64,000 bases of DNA from an uncultured delta proteobacterium (GCA_963848295.1 CAWKDB010000002.1:416001-480000); one strand, 5' to 3'. Numbered from the stretch's first letter, positions 20,934 to 36,316 are shown. The notes: generated from the sequence alone by a model not told the origin. A program made the numbers and translations.

Positions 20934-20993
20934 GTCGACGTCAATGTCCAAGGTGACGTTGATGTTCATGTTCATGTCGAGGTCAAGGTCAAC
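20934..20993. repeat. Ten degenerate hexamers (approx. GTYRAN) in tandem
   Basis: gtcgac gtcaat gtccaa ggtgac gttgat gttcat gttcat gtcgag gtcaag gtcaac, immediately after the four-helix-bundle stop. Confidence 0.75.
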
Positions 20994-21388
20994 GCACTTA
21001 TCTGAGCGGCATCGACCCTGGCGTCGCGAGCCGCTGCGCGATCGCGTCGAGCCGCGCGCGTTCTTCGGCCTTGAACGTCTTCGCGTCGCGCAGGTTTTCG
21101 AGCGGTTTGCGAAGCGCGACATGCAAGACTCCTTGAAGGGGATGCGCGCCGACAAAGCACGCCACGTGCCGCGCCAAGCTCGCGTTTCACCTTGAACGGA
21201 TCGGCGAACGCATCGGTGGCATCGCGTTGCACCGATCGAGCGGTTGCACCGCCACGAGCACGACATGTTACATTTTTGCCGACGACGTGCGTCGTGTGCG
21301 CCGACCAGGCTCAGCGCGCTGACGAACATCGCAGGTGCGAGCTGCGGTCGCCGACCTCGTGGTCGGCGAAGTTCCGGCCGTAGCCCGA

Positions 21389-23518
21389 CTAGATCACGAA
21401 GTTGTGAACTTCTTCCGGGCCGGGGTTCGCGTCGAGCGCTTCGCGGCGCGATAGACGGATCTTGCCGTCGCGGTCGACCTTGATGCACTTGACGACGACC
21501 TCGTCGCCTTCGCTCAGCACATCTTCGACCGCGCGGATCCGCTCCTTCGCGACCTCGGAGATGTGAAGCAGCCCGTCGGTGCCCGGCATGATCTCTACGA
21601 ACGCACCGATCTCGACGATCTTCTTGACGATGCCGTTATAGAACAGGCCTACCTCGGGCTCCATCGTGAGCCCCGAGATCAACGCCTGCGCCTGCTCGAT
21701 CGCCTTCGAGTTCGACGACGCGATCGACACCGTGCCGTTGTCGTTGATGTCGATCTGCGCGCCGGTCTGCTCCTGGATCGCGCGGATCGTCTTGCCGCCG
21801 GGCCCGATGATGTCGCGGACCTTGTCCGGCTTGACCTGCACCGTCACGATGCGCGGCGCGTAGATCGAGACCTCGTCGCGCGGCGCCGAGATCGCGGCAT
21901 CCATCTTCTCTAGGATGTGGATGCGACCGCGCTTGGCTTGGTCGAGCGCCTCTTCGAGAATCTTGCGGGTCAGGCCGTCGACCTTGATGTCCATCTGCAG
22001 CGCGCAGATGCCACGCCGCGTGCCGGTGACCTTGAAGTCCATATCGCCGAGATGATCCTCGTCGCCGAGAATGTCGGACAAGATGACGTAGTCATCGCCT
22101 TCCTTCATCAGGCCCATCGCGATGCCGGCAACCGGCGCCTTGGTCGGCACGCCGGCGTCCATCAGCGCGAGCGAGCCGCCGCACACCGACGCCATCGACG
22201 ACGAACCGTTGCTCTCGAGGATGTCCGACACGACGCGGATCGTGTACGGGAAGTCTTCGTAGATCGGGACGATCGCCTCGACCGAGCGCTCGGCGAGGAA
22301 GCCGTGGCCGACCTCGCGCCGGGACTGGCCGCGCAGCATCTTGACTTCACCGGTCGAGAACGGCGGGAAGTTGTAGTCCATGTAGAACGTGCGCTTCTTG
22401 TCGCCTAGCAGCGTGTCGAGCTTCTTCTCGTCGTACTTCGTACCGAGCGTCACCGCGACGAGCGCTTGGGTCTCGCCACGGGTGAACAGCGCCGAGCCGT
22501 GGGCCCGCGGTAGCACGCCGGTCTCGATCGTGATCGCGCGAATCTCGTCCGGGTTGCGGCCGTCGATCCGCTTGCGGGTCGCGAGCGTATGGCCGCGGGC
22601 CCACTTCTTGTGGAGCTTGCCGAACGCGGCCTCGAACGCCTTGCCGTCGGCGGGCGTCGCGGCGATCAAGCCCTCGGCGACAACCGTCGCCTGAGTCTCG
22701 GTCTTGAGCGCGGCGGTCTCGCTGTAGCGCTTCTTCTTGTCCTTGATCTGCAGCGTCGTGCCGAGCTTCTCCCACGCGAGCTCTTTGATCTTCGCGGCGA
22801 GGGCTTCGTTCGGGACCGGCGGCGTGAACGGGCGCTTCTCCTTGCCGTTCGCGGCGCGCAGGCGCTCTTGCAGATCGATCAACGGCTGACAAGCCTGGTG
22901 AGCGAACAGCAGCGCGTCGATCACGACGTCCTCCTGCAGCTCGTGCATCTCGCCTTCGACCATCATGATCGCGTCTTTGCTCGCCGCGACGATGATGTTC
23001 ATGTCGCTCTTTTCGAGCTCGGCGAACGTTGGGTTCGCGATGAACTGGCCGTCGACGCGGCCGACGCGGATCCCGGCGAGCGGTCCGCCCCACACGAGAT
23101 CGGAGAGATGGACCGCGCACGACGCGCCGGTCATCGCGAGCACGTCGGTCGCGTTCTCCTTGTCGAACGAGATCACGTTCGCGATGATCTGCGTGTCGAT
23201 GAACCAGCCCTTCGGGAACAGCGGGCGGACCGGCCGATCCATCAACCGGCAGATCAAGATCTCTGCGTTAGTCGTGCGGCCTTCGCGGCGGAAGAAGCTG
23301 CCGGGGATCTTGCCCGACGAGTAGAACTTCTCCTGGTACTCGCAGGTCAGCGGCATGAAGTCGATGTCGCGCGGCTGGGCAGAGCCCTGCGCGGTCACCA
23401 GCACCATGCTGTCGCCGCACCGAATGACGATCGAGCCACTGGCCTGCTTGGCCCACTTACCGGTCTCGACAATGATCTCTTTGCCGCCGACGATGGCGGA
23501 CTCGCGAACGAATGGCAT
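21389..23518 (-). CDS. pnp: Polyribonucleotide nucleotidyltransferase
   Basis: Two RNase PH domains ([47 protein letters not shown]), KH (IIGPGGKTI) and S1 domains. Confidence 0.98.
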   Translation of the reverse strand: MPFVRESAIVGGKEIIVETGKWAKQASGSIVIRCGDSMVLVTAQGSAQPRDIDFMPLTCEYQEKFYSSGKIPGSFFRREGRTTNAEILICRLMDRPVRPLFPKGWFIDTQIIANVISFDKENATDVLAMTGASCAVHLSDLVWGGPLAGIRVGRVDGQFIANPTFAELEKSDMNIIVAASKDAIMMVEGEMHELQEDVVIDALLFAHQACQPLIDLQERLRAANGKEKRPFTPPVPNEALAAKIKELAWEKLGTTLQIKDKKKRYSETAALKTETQATVVAEGLIAATPADGKAFEAAFGKLHKKWARGHTLATRKRIDGRNPDEIRAITIETGVLPRAHGSALFTRGETQALVAVTLGTKYDEKKLDTLLGDKKRTFYMDYNFPPFSTGEVKMLRGQSRREVGHGFLAERSVEAIVPIYEDFPYTIRVVSDILESNGSSSMASVCGGSLALMDAGVPTKAPVAGIAMGLMKEGDDYVILSDILGDEDHLGDMDFKVTGTRRGICALQMDIKVDGLTRKILEEALDQAKRGRIHILEKMDAAISAPRDEVSIYAPRIVTVQVKPDKVRDIIGPGGKTIRAIQEQTGAQIDINDNGTVSIASSNSKAIEQAQALISGLTMEPEVGLFYNGIVKKIVEIGAFVEIMPGTDGLLHISEVAKERIRAVEDVLSEGDEVVVKCIKVDRDGKIRLSRREALDANPGPEEVHNFVI

Positions 23519-23830
23519 ACGTGTCCTCTTTGGAAATCACGTCGCCGGTCGGTCGAGCCGTATGGCCTGAACCCTCGGTCCAATTTCTCGGTGCGCCTCG
23601 CCCCGGGAACCTCGACTGAACGATCAAACCTACGTTTCTCTAGTGATCTGCGACGCTACGCTGACGTTGTTGTTTCGGCGGGCTTTATTGCACACCGACT
23701 CCCGAAAGCCAAGGCAGCGCGACCGTGCCGAAATTAGCCTGGGTTCAGGCTAGTTGCGTCGCGAACTCTTCGTAACGTCGCGGAACCGGCCTCGTGATTC
23801 GACAGACAGGGTGTTATCGTCGGTGTAATC

Positions 23831-24598
23831 GTGGGTTACGCCAGCGTGATTTGGCTGCTGGTCGCTGGCTGCTCGTTCACGGCGCCGAGCGCCGGCGGTA
23901 GCGATGGATCGCCGACTCACGACGCCGGTCGCGACGCGCATCCCGGTCCCGATGGCCCGATCGACGCGATGCCCGACGCGCTCGGTCCGCCCCGAGCTCA
24001 CTTCGTCCAATCGATGCACGCCGCCACGGCCATCACGACCAGCCACACCTTGGAGGTCTCCGAAACCGAGGGTGATCTGATGATCGTCGCCGCCTACAGC
24101 ACGAACCCGGCCGCTACGTTTGCGGTCACCGATACCGCAGGGTTAACGTGGACCCCGGAGGCGGCGGTCGCGCCCACCGGCTGCATGCCGGCGCTCCAGC
24201 TGTGGCACGCCCCGGTCGGCGCGAGCGCGATCGATGCGGTCACCGCGACCGCCGATGTCGACGCCTACATGGGGACGACGGTCACCGAGTACTCCGGGGT
24301 GAGCGCGGTGTCGAGCGCCGCGACGGTCGCGGCACCCGCGAGCTCCACGATCGCCACGATGACGATGACGACGACGGAGCAAGCGATGGTGTTCGTCGTG
24401 TTCGCCGACTCCAATGGCGCGGCGAATCCCGCGCCGGCATCGGGCTGGAACGAGCGCGAAAACGACGGGTTCTTCTACTCCGTCGCCCAGGACAACGGGG
24501 TCGGTGCGACCGCGGGTACGCAGAGCCCGAGCGCCTCACCGCTCGCGGTCGACGATAACTGCTGGGTCGGCGCGGCGGTCGCGCTGCGTACGCCTTAG
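23831..24598 (+). CDS. Hypothetical lipoprotein with beta-rich extracellular domain
   Basis: LVAGC lipobox, DA/PD-rich linker, Thr/Ala-rich beta domain; opposite strand between rpsO and pnp. Confidence 0.75.
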   Translation: MGYASVIWLLVAGCSFTAPSAGGSDGSPTHDAGRDAHPGPDGPIDAMPDALGPPRAHFVQSMHAATAITTSHTLEVSETEGDLMIVAAYSTNPAATFAVTDTAGLTWTPEAAVAPTGCMPALQLWHAPVGASAIDAVTATADVDAYMGTTVTEYSGVSAVSSAATVAAPASSTIATMTMTTTEQAMVFVVFADSNGAANPAPASGWNERENDGFFYSVAQDNGVGATAGTQSPSASPLAVDDNCWVGAAVALRTP

Positions 24599-24680
24599 CC
24601 CCGTTAACGGGGGCCCCTCGGCCCAGGGCGTCGGCCGTCCTTGCTGCGCCGGACAGCCGATCGATCGATCGGCCTCGGGG

Positions 24681-24950
24681 CTACCGGCGCAGGCCGAGCG
24701 TCTCGATGACCACCTTGTAGCGGTCCAGGCTCTTGCGCTTCAAGTAGTCGAGCAGCGCGCGGCGCTGGCCGTTCATCCGCAGCATGCCGCGGCGGCTGTG
24801 GTGATCTTTGTGGTTGTTCTTGAGGTGCTCGGTCAGGTGCGTGATCCGCTCGGTGAGCAGCGCGACCTGGACCTCGGGCGAACCGGTGTCGCCTTCCGAG
24901 CGCTTGAACTTGTTGATCGTCTCGGCTTTACGAATCGGGGAAACAGACAT
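24681..24950 (-). CDS. rpsO: 30S ribosomal protein S15
   Basis: [35 protein letters not shown]. Confidence 0.98.
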   Translation of the reverse strand: MSVSPIRKAETINKFKRSEGDTGSPEVQVALLTERITHLTEHLKNNHKDHHSRRGMLRMNGQRRALLDYLKRKSLDRYKVVIETLGLRR

Positions 24951-25036
24951 CCGTAGCTCCTAGTCGCCGACGGCCGCGTCCGACATGAACGAGTGCCGTG
25001 GTCAGTCCCGGACATTGGGGGAAACCGTGCGGGGCG

Positions 25037-25927
25037 TCAAGGCGCAAACACGCGGTCGTAGATCACGCGCCCGGCATCGACGTGGACGACCGCGACGAGC
25101 TCGCCGATATCGCTAACGAGCTGGAATCGCCTGGTTTCCGCTCCTAGCCGCGCGGCTTCCCCGCCGAGCATGTCGACCGGGAGCTGGACCCCGGAGCGGA
25201 CCGAGCGCAGGAGCTCGGCAGCGAGCTCGACGGATGGCAGGTTGGTCGCACGCGCGAGCGGCACCAGCCGCTGGGGATCGAAGCCCGCGACGTCGTCGAT
25301 CGCGACCGCGTCGCCGATCGCGAACACCCCGCAGCGCGTGCGCCGGAGCTCGGCGAGATGCGCGCCGCAGCCCAGGTCGTTGCCGAGATCGGCGACCAAG
25401 CTGCGGACGTACGTGCCCTTGCTGCACGCGACCGCGAAGCGCACGCGTGATCCGTCGTGCGCGAGCAGCGTCAGCGAAGCGATCTTGATCCGCCTCGGCT
25501 CGCGCTCGACGTGCTCGCCGGCGCGCGCGCGTGTGTAGAGCCGGACGCCATCGCGTTTGATCGCGGAGAACATCGGCGGCACTTGATCGGAGTCGCCGGT
25601 TCGCGCCGCGAGCGCCGCGACGATCTGATCGCGCGTGACATCGACCGGGTGGGTCGCGGTCGGGTTGCCCGTGCGATCGAGCGTGTCGGTCTCGACCCCG
25701 AGCACCATGTCGGCCTCGTATGCCTTGTCTTCGCCGAGCATGAAGCCGGCGATCTTCGTCGCTTCGTTGATGCAGATCGGCAGGACGCCGGTCGCGATCG
25801 GATCGAGCGTGCCCGCGTGTCCCGCCCGCTTCGCGCCGAGTGCGCGCTTGACGCTCGCGACCGCTTGCGCCGAGGACACCCCGGTCGGCTTGTCGAGCAC
25901 GATGACGCCGCTCGCGATCACGATCAC
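25037..25927 (-). CDS. truB: tRNA pseudouridine(55) synthase
   Basis: LDKPTGVSS, GHAGTLDPIATGVL, QVPPMFSAIK, CSKGTYVRSL. The GTG overlaps the upstream stop (GTGA); start may be 25921. Confidence 0.95.
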   Translation of the reverse strand: MIVIASGVIVLDKPTGVSSAQAVASVKRALGAKRAGHAGTLDPIATGVLPICINEATKIAGFMLGEDKAYEADMVLGVETDTLDRTGNPTATHPVDVTRDQIVAALAARTGDSDQVPPMFSAIKRDGVRLYTRARAGEHVEREPRRIKIASLTLLAHDGSRVRFAVACSKGTYVRSLVADLGNDLGCGAHLAELRRTRCGVFAIGDAVAIDDVAGFDPQRLVPLARATNLPSVELAAELLRSVRSGVQLPVDMLGGEAARLGAETRRFQLVSDIGELVAVVHVDAGRVIYDRVFAP

Positions 25928-26952
25928 AGCGACGTGATCCACGCCCTGAGCGTGGCATCGCCGGTCGGATCCATCATCTTGGTGCCGAGCGCCGGCATGT
26001 GGTTCGCCGGATTCGTCGTCTCGAACCGATCGATCATGATCGAGGTCGTCGGATCGCCGGGCGCGATGATCTCGGTCAGCATATCGATCGGCTGGGTCGC
26101 CGTCGCGCCGACCGCGGTTTGATACGGCGGCGTGTCGCCGGCCGCCGCGAGCGTGGCGACGGTCAACCGCAGCTGCATCGTCACGCCGACGCTGATGTAG
26201 ACCTGCGATGTCGGGTTGTGGCAGTGCCCGCAGTTCGCGTGCAAGTAGCCGAGCGCCGCCTTGACCGTCGCATTGCCCGGGACCGGGAAATACGGGGCCG
26301 CGCCAGTCGGCGGCGCGGATAGCACGTTCTGGTCGATGAGATCCTGCAACGACACCGGCGTCGCGCCATCGAGTTGGATCGCGCCGAACCCGAGCAGCCG
26401 GCTCGGGATGAGGTTTTCATGGCAGCCCTTGCATTGAAACTGCGACGGAATGTCGTGGCTCGTGCCGTTCGCGTTCGTGACCCCGAATGGCACTTCGATC
26501 GTGTCGGTCTCGCCGGGGTTCCACTGATAGGCCATGTAGAACCAATCCGCGGCGGTCTCGCCCGGCCCGGTCTTCTCGATGTAGCGGGTCTCGATCTTCG
26601 CGCTGCCGACCGAGAACTCCTTCCAGATCCGCGTGCCCTGCGGGAACACCCAGTGGTCCATGTCGGTCGTGTCGATCGTCGCGCCCGCTGGTAACGAGTA
26701 CCAGCGGCGTTTGCTCGCGGCGTCGGCCCACAGCGCGAAGTTCGGCGCGTACTCGACGAGGCCCGGCGTGATCTGCGTGCACGCGCGATCGACGCACAGC
26801 CCGGTATCGAACAGCGTCGGATACGGGCCCGCGGCGTCCGCGGGGACGTCGAGGGAACCGTCGCCGTGCGGTCCGCGAGCCGCATCGACCGGCGCCGCCG
26901 AGTTGTCGCCGCAAGCGACGAGGACCGCGAGCAGCCACGCGTTGCGCACCAT
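25924..26952 (-). CDS. Lipoprotein, diheme c-type cytochrome (SO2930-like)
   Basis: LVAC lipobox. [45 protein letters not shown] and the late HMPALG Met ligand match this family pattern. Confidence 0.75.
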   Translation of the reverse strand: MVRNAWLLAVLVACGDNSAAPVDAARGPHGDGSLDVPADAAGPYPTLFDTGLCVDRACTQITPGLVEYAPNFALWADAASKRRWYSLPAGATIDTTDMDHWVFPQGTRIWKEFSVGSAKIETRYIEKTGPGETAADWFYMAYQWNPGETDTIEVPFGVTNANGTSHDIPSQFQCKGCHENLIPSRLLGFGAIQLDGATPVSLQDLIDQNVLSAPPTGAAPYFPVPGNATVKAALGYLHANCGHCHNPTSQVYISVGVTMQLRLTVATLAAAGDTPPYQTAVGATATQPIDMLTEIIAPGDPTTSIMIDRFETTNPANHMPALGTKMMDPTGDATLRAWITSL

Positions 26953-26970
26953 CGGTCGATGGTAACAAAC

Positions 26971-28038
26971 TTAGGCTTTGGCGGGCGACGGCGGGGTTAC
27001 GGGCTTCGTGCCGCGATTGAAGGCAGCGTCGAGCGCGCGCACGACCTTGTCTTTCGTCGACACGAGATCGCCGGCGAGGTGACAGCCACCCGCGCCGGGA
27101 TGGCCGCCGCCGCCGAGCGTCATGCACACGCGACCCACATCGATCCGCTCGCTGCGCGAGCGCATCGACACCCGCACGCCGCCACCTTTTGCGGTCGTGA
27201 GCAGCACCCCGACCTGCACGCCATCGACGTTGCGGGCCCAGTTGACCATGCCTTCGATGTCTTCCCACGAGGCGCGCGCGCCTTCGACCATCTCGGTCGT
27301 GACCGACAGCACTCCGGCGCGACCCGCGCAGTGCAGCTCGAGGGTCGACAACACGCTGCCGAGCAGCCGCAGCTTGCTCGGGCTCGGCCGCTCCTCGAGG
27401 CTCGCCGCGATCGTGGCGGGCACGACGCCGGCGCGGATCAGCTCGGCCCCGACCTGCAGGACCTCGGCGTTCGTGTTCGCGTGGCGAAACCCGCCGGTGT
27501 CCGAGATCAGCGAGACATAGAGCGGCACCGCCGCTTCCGGGGTCAGCTTCCACCCCATGTGCTCGGCGATGCGATGCACCAGCACGCCGACCGCCGCCGC
27601 GCTCGGGTCCCATACCGCGATGTCGCCGAACGGCCGGCCGCTGGCATGATGGTCGAGCGTGATCAGCGTGCCGCACACCTCGGGCGGCGGGAGCGCGTCG
27701 CCGAGCAGCGTGATGTCGGCGCAATCGACCACGATCGTGCAGTCGAACCGCTCGTCGAACGGAATCGTGTGGACCGTCGTCGACATCAACGGCAGCCAGC
27801 GATAACGCCGCGCGATCGGATCGATCGAATAGATCACCGCGGTCTTGCCGACCGCACGCATCAGCGACGCGAGCCCGGCCATCGAGCCGGAGCCGTCGCC
27901 ATCGGGGCGGCGGTGGCTGGTCAACAGGATCCGCTGCGCATCGCGCAACAGGTCGCACGCCCGGCCGAGGGTCTCCTCGATCGCCGCGGCCTTGCCGGGG
28001 CCGTCACCAACACCGACTGCGGTCGGATCGACGGTCAC
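26971..28038 (-). CDS. nrnA: DHH family phosphoesterase (NrnA-like oligoribonuclease/pAp phosphatase)
   Basis: [43 protein letters not shown] at 28038 overlaps the rbfA stop. Confidence 0.9.
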   Translation of the reverse strand: MTVDPTAVGVGDGPGKAAAIEETLGRACDLLRDAQRILLTSHRRPDGDGSGSMAGLASLMRAVGKTAVIYSIDPIARRYRWLPLMSTTVHTIPFDERFDCTIVVDCADITLLGDALPPPEVCGTLITLDHHASGRPFGDIAVWDPSAAAVGVLVHRIAEHMGWKLTPEAAVPLYVSLISDTGGFRHANTNAEVLQVGAELIRAGVVPATIAASLEERPSPSKLRLLGSVLSTLELHCAGRAGVLSVTTEMVEGARASWEDIEGMVNWARNVDGVQVGVLLTTAKGGGVRVSMRSRSERIDVGRVCMTLGGGGHPGAGGCHLAGDLVSTKDKVVRALDAAFNRGTKPVTPPSPAKA

Positions 28039-28436
28039 GTGCCGTCCTTCGGGTCGCGACCGGCGGCGCGCGCCTTGGCTTCGTCGTCGCGCACGATCTG
28101 CGCGAGCTTGTCGGACATGTCGACCGACGCGTCGTGCAGGAACCGCAGCTCGGGCGCGTGCCGCAACCCGAGGCGGCGGCCGACCTCGCCGCGCAGGAAG
28201 CCCGCGGCCTTGGTGAGCCCGGCGATCGCTCCGTCGATCTCGGCGTCGTCTTGGCCACCGTCCTTGCTCACGATCGACACGTAACAGCGCGCGACCGACA
28301 GGTCGACGTTGAGCTCGACCTTCGTGATCGTGAGCAGCGCCGGCGCGTGGACGCGCGGATCGCGCACGTCCGACGCGATCATCTCGGTCAGCGCCTCGCG
28401 CATGCCGTGCTCGACCCGGGCCTTGCGACTGTTCAC
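28035..28436 (-). CDS. rbfA: Ribosome-binding factor A
   Basis: VRDPRV, ITKVELNVDLSVARCYVS, AAGFLR, LRHAPELRFLHD; operon position. Confidence 0.93.
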   Translation of the reverse strand: MNSRKARVEHGMREALTEMIASDVRDPRVHAPALLTITKVELNVDLSVARCYVSIVSKDGGQDDAEIDGAIAGLTKAAGFLRGEVGRRLGLRHAPELRFLHDASVDMSDKLAQIVRDDEAKARAAGRDPKDGT

Positions 28437-28846
28437 GCTCGATCCTTCCAGGCATCGGGGATCCAGTCGGCGTCCGCGGTCGCCTTGTCACCTGCGCCGG
28501 TGCGCTCGGCGAGCTCGGGCGACGGCGCTACGTACGCTGCGCCGACCTTGTCGAACGTCGTGAGGTCGCGTGCGATCGCGACGATCTGCGCATCGCCCGC
28601 CTCCGCCGCCGCTTGCACCGCACGGATCGCCTCATCGATCAGCTCGCCGGCCTTGGGCCGATCGCCCGAGACCACCGCGCAGCCGAGCTCGGCGCGATGC
28701 CAGTCGTCGAGCGCGCCGACCTCGTTGATCACGACACCGAGCCGTTCGCGCACGCGATCCTTCACGCGCCGCACGACCATCCGCTTGTCTTTGAGCGAGT
28801 GACTCTCGGCGATCGCAACGGTCAGCTTGGCGATGGCCACGTACAC
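28433..28846 (-). CDS. DUF503 (YlxP) family protein
   Basis: SHSLKDKRMVVRRVKDRVR...NEVGALDDWHRAELGCAVVS; usual position between infB and rbfA. Confidence 0.88.
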   Translation of the reverse strand: MYVAIAKLTVAIAESHSLKDKRMVVRRVKDRVRERLGVVINEVGALDDWHRAELGCAVVSGDRPKAGELIDEAIRAVQAAAEAGDAQIVAIARDLTTFDKVGAAYVAPSPELAERTGAGDKATADADWIPDAWKDRA

Positions 28847-28880
28847 GACCTCAACGTACCACGCCGCCCGAGGATCGGAG

Positions 28881-29659
28881 TCAGGCGGTCCGGCCGTGAA
28901 CGAGCGTCTTCGGCCCGTCGCGGAACAGCACTTCGATCTTCGAGCTGTCGATCGCGCGAACGACGATGCCGAGGCCGAGCTTCGTGTGCGAGACCAGATC
29001 ATCGGCCTTGAAGCTGTGGTTCACCGTGTACGGCACGAAGTCCGACTCCGGGCGATCACCGACGACCTTCTGCCACTTGCGCTCGCGCGTTCGCTGAGCG
29101 CGCTCTTCGGCCGAGACTTGCCAGCCCCAGCCGGACAACAGCTTCGTCGCGTGCTCCTGCGTGCGCCAGTCGGCACCGAGGCACAGCGCCTCGACCGGCG
29201 CGAGCTGCTCGAGCGTGATCGCGGCGTTGTCGAGCTTGAGGACTTCGCGCAGCATGCCGCGCGCCCGGGTCGTGAGCTGCCCAGCCGGCGACTCGGCCGC
29301 GAGATCGGCGAGCCGAAACACGATCGACGGCTTCAGCCGGCGTGCGAACGCCGAGAAGTCCTGGAGCATCTTGCGCTGATCGGCGCCGATCAACGTCGCG
29401 AGCGCAGGCGTCCGGCGCTTGAGCCGCGCCATCGCGGTCGCGGCATCGGACACCAGGTACGGTGGCCCGAGCGCGAACAGCTCGTCCTGGCGCGCGGCGA
29501 ACCGGACACCGGACAGCGGCTCTTCGCGCAGGTCGGCCTCCTCGAACATCGCGAGCCAGAACAGCGGGAGGTGACTCTTGCCACCATCGAGCTCGGACGC
29601 CTTTGCGGCGAGGACGCGGTCGATGGGCTCGAAGCTATCGAGATAAGCGTAGTGGGCCA

Positions 29660-29660
<1 letters not shown>
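28881..29660 (-). CDS. Hypothetical protein with C-terminal Tudor/SH3-like domain
   Basis: The ATG overlaps the infB TAA by one base. C-terminus FKADDLVSHTKLGLGIV...KIEVLFRDGPKTL. Confidence 0.75.
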
Positions 29661-32661
<3,001 letters not shown>

Positions 32662-32665
<4 letters not shown>

Positions 32666-33008
32666 TCCTTCGCCTGAAGCCGAGCGGGTTTTACAGCTTC
32701 TGCCCGCATGTGGCCAGCGCCGAGTTCAGCGTTGAGATCGCTGACTTGTCCTGAATTGTCGTCGGCTCGTGACATCTCGGCGACGGTGCCACGAACGTCG
32801 TCGGCCGACACCGTGCGGCGCAGGCTGCGGCCGAGGCCAGCTTGCATCGCCGCGACGCAGCTCCCGCGCGCGTGTACATACGCGCCGCGACCCGGTGCTT
32901 CGCGAGAGTGGTCGATCACCACCCCGCGACCCTCCGCCCAGACCAACCGGACGAGGTTGGTGCGCGCGTCGACTCGACGGCAGCCCGCACACGTACGCTG
33001 CGGACGGC

Positions 33009-33012
<4 letters not shown>
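32662..33012 (-). CDS. ylxR: YlxR / DUF448 family RNA-binding protein, probable CTG start
   Basis: The frame contains PQRTCAGCR...LVRLV...PGRGAYVH...C. The conserved N-terminus lies upstream of the first ATG/GTG/TTG. Confidence 0.85.
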
Positions 33013-34595
<1,583 letters not shown>

Positions 34596-34597
34596 GG

Positions 34598-35230
34598 CTA
34601 ACCCTGTTCCTTGTGCTTGGGCGGTTTCGGTTTGTGACTCGGTCGATGCCCCGGTTTGATCGGTCTTGGCTCTGGCGCGCCGACGCCGCTGCGACCGCGC
34701 ATGACCGCGTCCCAGTCGGGCACCAGCTTCGCGTGGTCGATGTCGGCGAGCACGAGCTCGAAGCGCTGGCCGTCGCAGTCGATCGCGATGCGCTCGTGGC
34801 CGGTTTCAGCGGCGACGCCGCGCAGGGTGCCGCGAAAGTTGCGGCGCTCCCCGGTCGGCAGCTGCAACGGAACCGCGAGCTGGATCTTGGCTTCGCTGCC
34901 GACGAAGTGCGCGAAGTGCGCGGCGGTGCGCAGCGGGCGATCGATGCCGGGCGAGCTGACCTCGAGGCTGTACGCCTGGGGAATCGGGTCGTCGACATCG
35001 AGCACCGCCGACAGCTCCCGCGACAAGTCTTCACAGCGTGACAAGTCGACGCGTTCCGCGGGCACGTCGCCGAGGTTCGCGTCGGCCGGCAGCGGCAGAT
35101 CGACTTGCACGCGCAACGTCCAGCCGCCCTGCTCGAGCAGGAACCGAACGTCGACCAGCTCGAGCCCGCCGGCTTGGCAGACGGGCTCGATGATCGAGAT
35201 CAGGCGAGTTTGGAGGGGGTTGCGAGACAT
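34598..35230 (-). CDS. rimP: Ribosome maturation factor RimP
   Basis: [42 protein letters not shown] at 35230. Confidence 0.95.
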   Translation of the reverse strand: MSRNPLQTRLISIIEPVCQAGGLELVDVRFLLEQGGWTLRVQVDLPLPADANLGDVPAERVDLSRCEDLSRELSAVLDVDDPIPQAYSLEVSSPGIDRPLRTAAHFAHFVGSEAKIQLAVPLQLPTGERRNFRGTLRGVAAETGHERIAIDCDGQRFELVLADIDHAKLVPDWDAVMRGRSGVGAPEPRPIKPGHRPSHKPKPPKHKEQG

Positions 35231-35250
35231 TTGAGGGATGCGTTTGGGCG

Positions 35251-35277
35251 AAAAAAAAGGTGGCCGAGTGGCCACCT
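35251..35277 (-). terminator. rimP-leader terminator/attenuator hairpin
   Basis: The minus strand reads AGGTGGCC-ACTC-GGCCACCT, continuing into a T8 tract that ends 20 nt before the rimP ATG. A terminator-like rimP leader is a known element. Confidence 0.8.
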
Positions 35278-35306
35278 CACCGCGGGAGCGATTGAAGCTG
35301 GGAGGG

Positions 35307-35335
35307 TTGCTACCATTCCCTCGAGGACATCGCAA
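35307..35335 (-). promoter_or_regulatory. Possible sigma70 promoter for the rimP operon (TTGCGA-17-TAGCAA, with extended TG)
   Basis: Spacing and position just upstream of the leader hairpin fit; the -10 match is weak. Confidence 0.35.
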
Positions 35336-35408
35336 GGTGTTTGCACCTGCGCCGGAGAACAGCGGACCAGAAACAGGGCGCGCACAACGGAGATCCGAGC
35401 CCGGTGCG

Positions 35409-36260
35409 TCAGAACTGCATTGGCGCAAAATGTCTGGGGATTATTAGCTTCGATCGCGGCGAGCAGCGGGACACCTCGGCGGCGAAGGCCGCGAGGTCGG
35501 AGTCGGGGTCCGCGTCGACCGGCGGCCCGGTGAAGTCGTCGAAGTGGGTGGCGATCACGACCGGTGGATCGCCGAGCGTATGGAGAAGGCGACAGGTGTA
35601 GTCGTGGATCCTGGCGCGCAGGCCGGGAGCGACGATGACGATCTCGGGGCGAAGGCCGACGAGCTCGCGCTCGATGAAGTTCGCGGTGTCGAACACGAGG
35701 ATCTCGCGGCGGCCGATTCGGATCAGATACGCGAGCGTGCCGCCTTCGGCGTAGCCAGATGCGGGCATCGGCAACGCGGGGTGGTCGACGATCTCGCCGA
35801 GGAGGTTCGACGCGCCGATCTCGGAGTGCAGGCTCGGGATGACGCGGACCGAGAACCCATCGAGCTCGAGATCCTCGCCGCCTTTGACCGCGATCAACCG
35901 ATCCTCGGGCACGCCGGCCGCGCGCCCCACCCGGATCGTGCTCGCGCTGCCGAGGAGCTTCGCCCCCGTGCGTAGCGCGACCGCCGGAGCGTCGAGTAGA
36001 TGGTCGAAGTGCGAGTGGCCGACCATGACGAGCGCCGCGTGCGGCGGTGCGTGCGCCGCGATCGCCGCGACATCAGGGACGAGCGGTACGTCGCGATCTG
36101 CCGGCCGCGAGAAGTACGGATCGGCGAGGATCGTGTGGCCGCCGGCGTCGAGCTGCCAGCCGGCGACGCCGAGATAGGTCAGCGTCAGGGGCCGCGCCGC
36201 TGGTTTCGCAATGGCGGCTCCGCAACCGGCGGCGATGAGAAATGCGAGGCAGCGAAGCAC
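35409..36260 (-). CDS. MBL-fold metallo-hydrolase, probable lipoprotein
   Basis: LTYLGVAGW, LADPYFSR, GHSHFDHLLD, SLHS, ATHFDDF; AAGC lipobox. The extension of the ORF into the repeat array is rejected. Confidence 0.88.
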   Translation of the reverse strand: MLRCLAFLIAAGCGAAIAKPAARPLTLTYLGVAGWQLDAGGHTILADPYFSRPADRDVPLVPDVAAIAAHAPPHAALVMVGHSHFDHLLDAPAVALRTGAKLLGSASTIRVGRAAGVPEDRLIAVKGGEDLELDGFSVRVIPSLHSEIGASNLLGEIVDHPALPMPASGYAEGGTLAYLIRIGRREILVFDTANFIERELVGLRPEIVIVAPGLRARIHDYTCRLLHTLGDPPVVIATHFDDFTGPPVDADPDSDLAAFAAEVSRCSPRSKLIIPRHFAPMQF

Positions 36261-36316
36261 GGGCCGGACCAACGCACGACGTTCGCGAGGTATTCGCGTT
36301 GCTCGTAGCCGAGAAC

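Noticed and set aside
20390..20995. Active retroelement or diversity-generating retroelement
   Set aside because: No RT catalytic core (YADD) and no template/variable repeat pair were seen; both genes are fragments.
20998..21390. Small gene between the hexamer tract and pnp (e.g. minus-strand ...HVALRKPLENLRDAKTFKAEERARLDAIAQRL...)
   Set aside because: Protein-like but short, with no convincing RBS or recognisable motif; it may be another remnant and cannot be supported.
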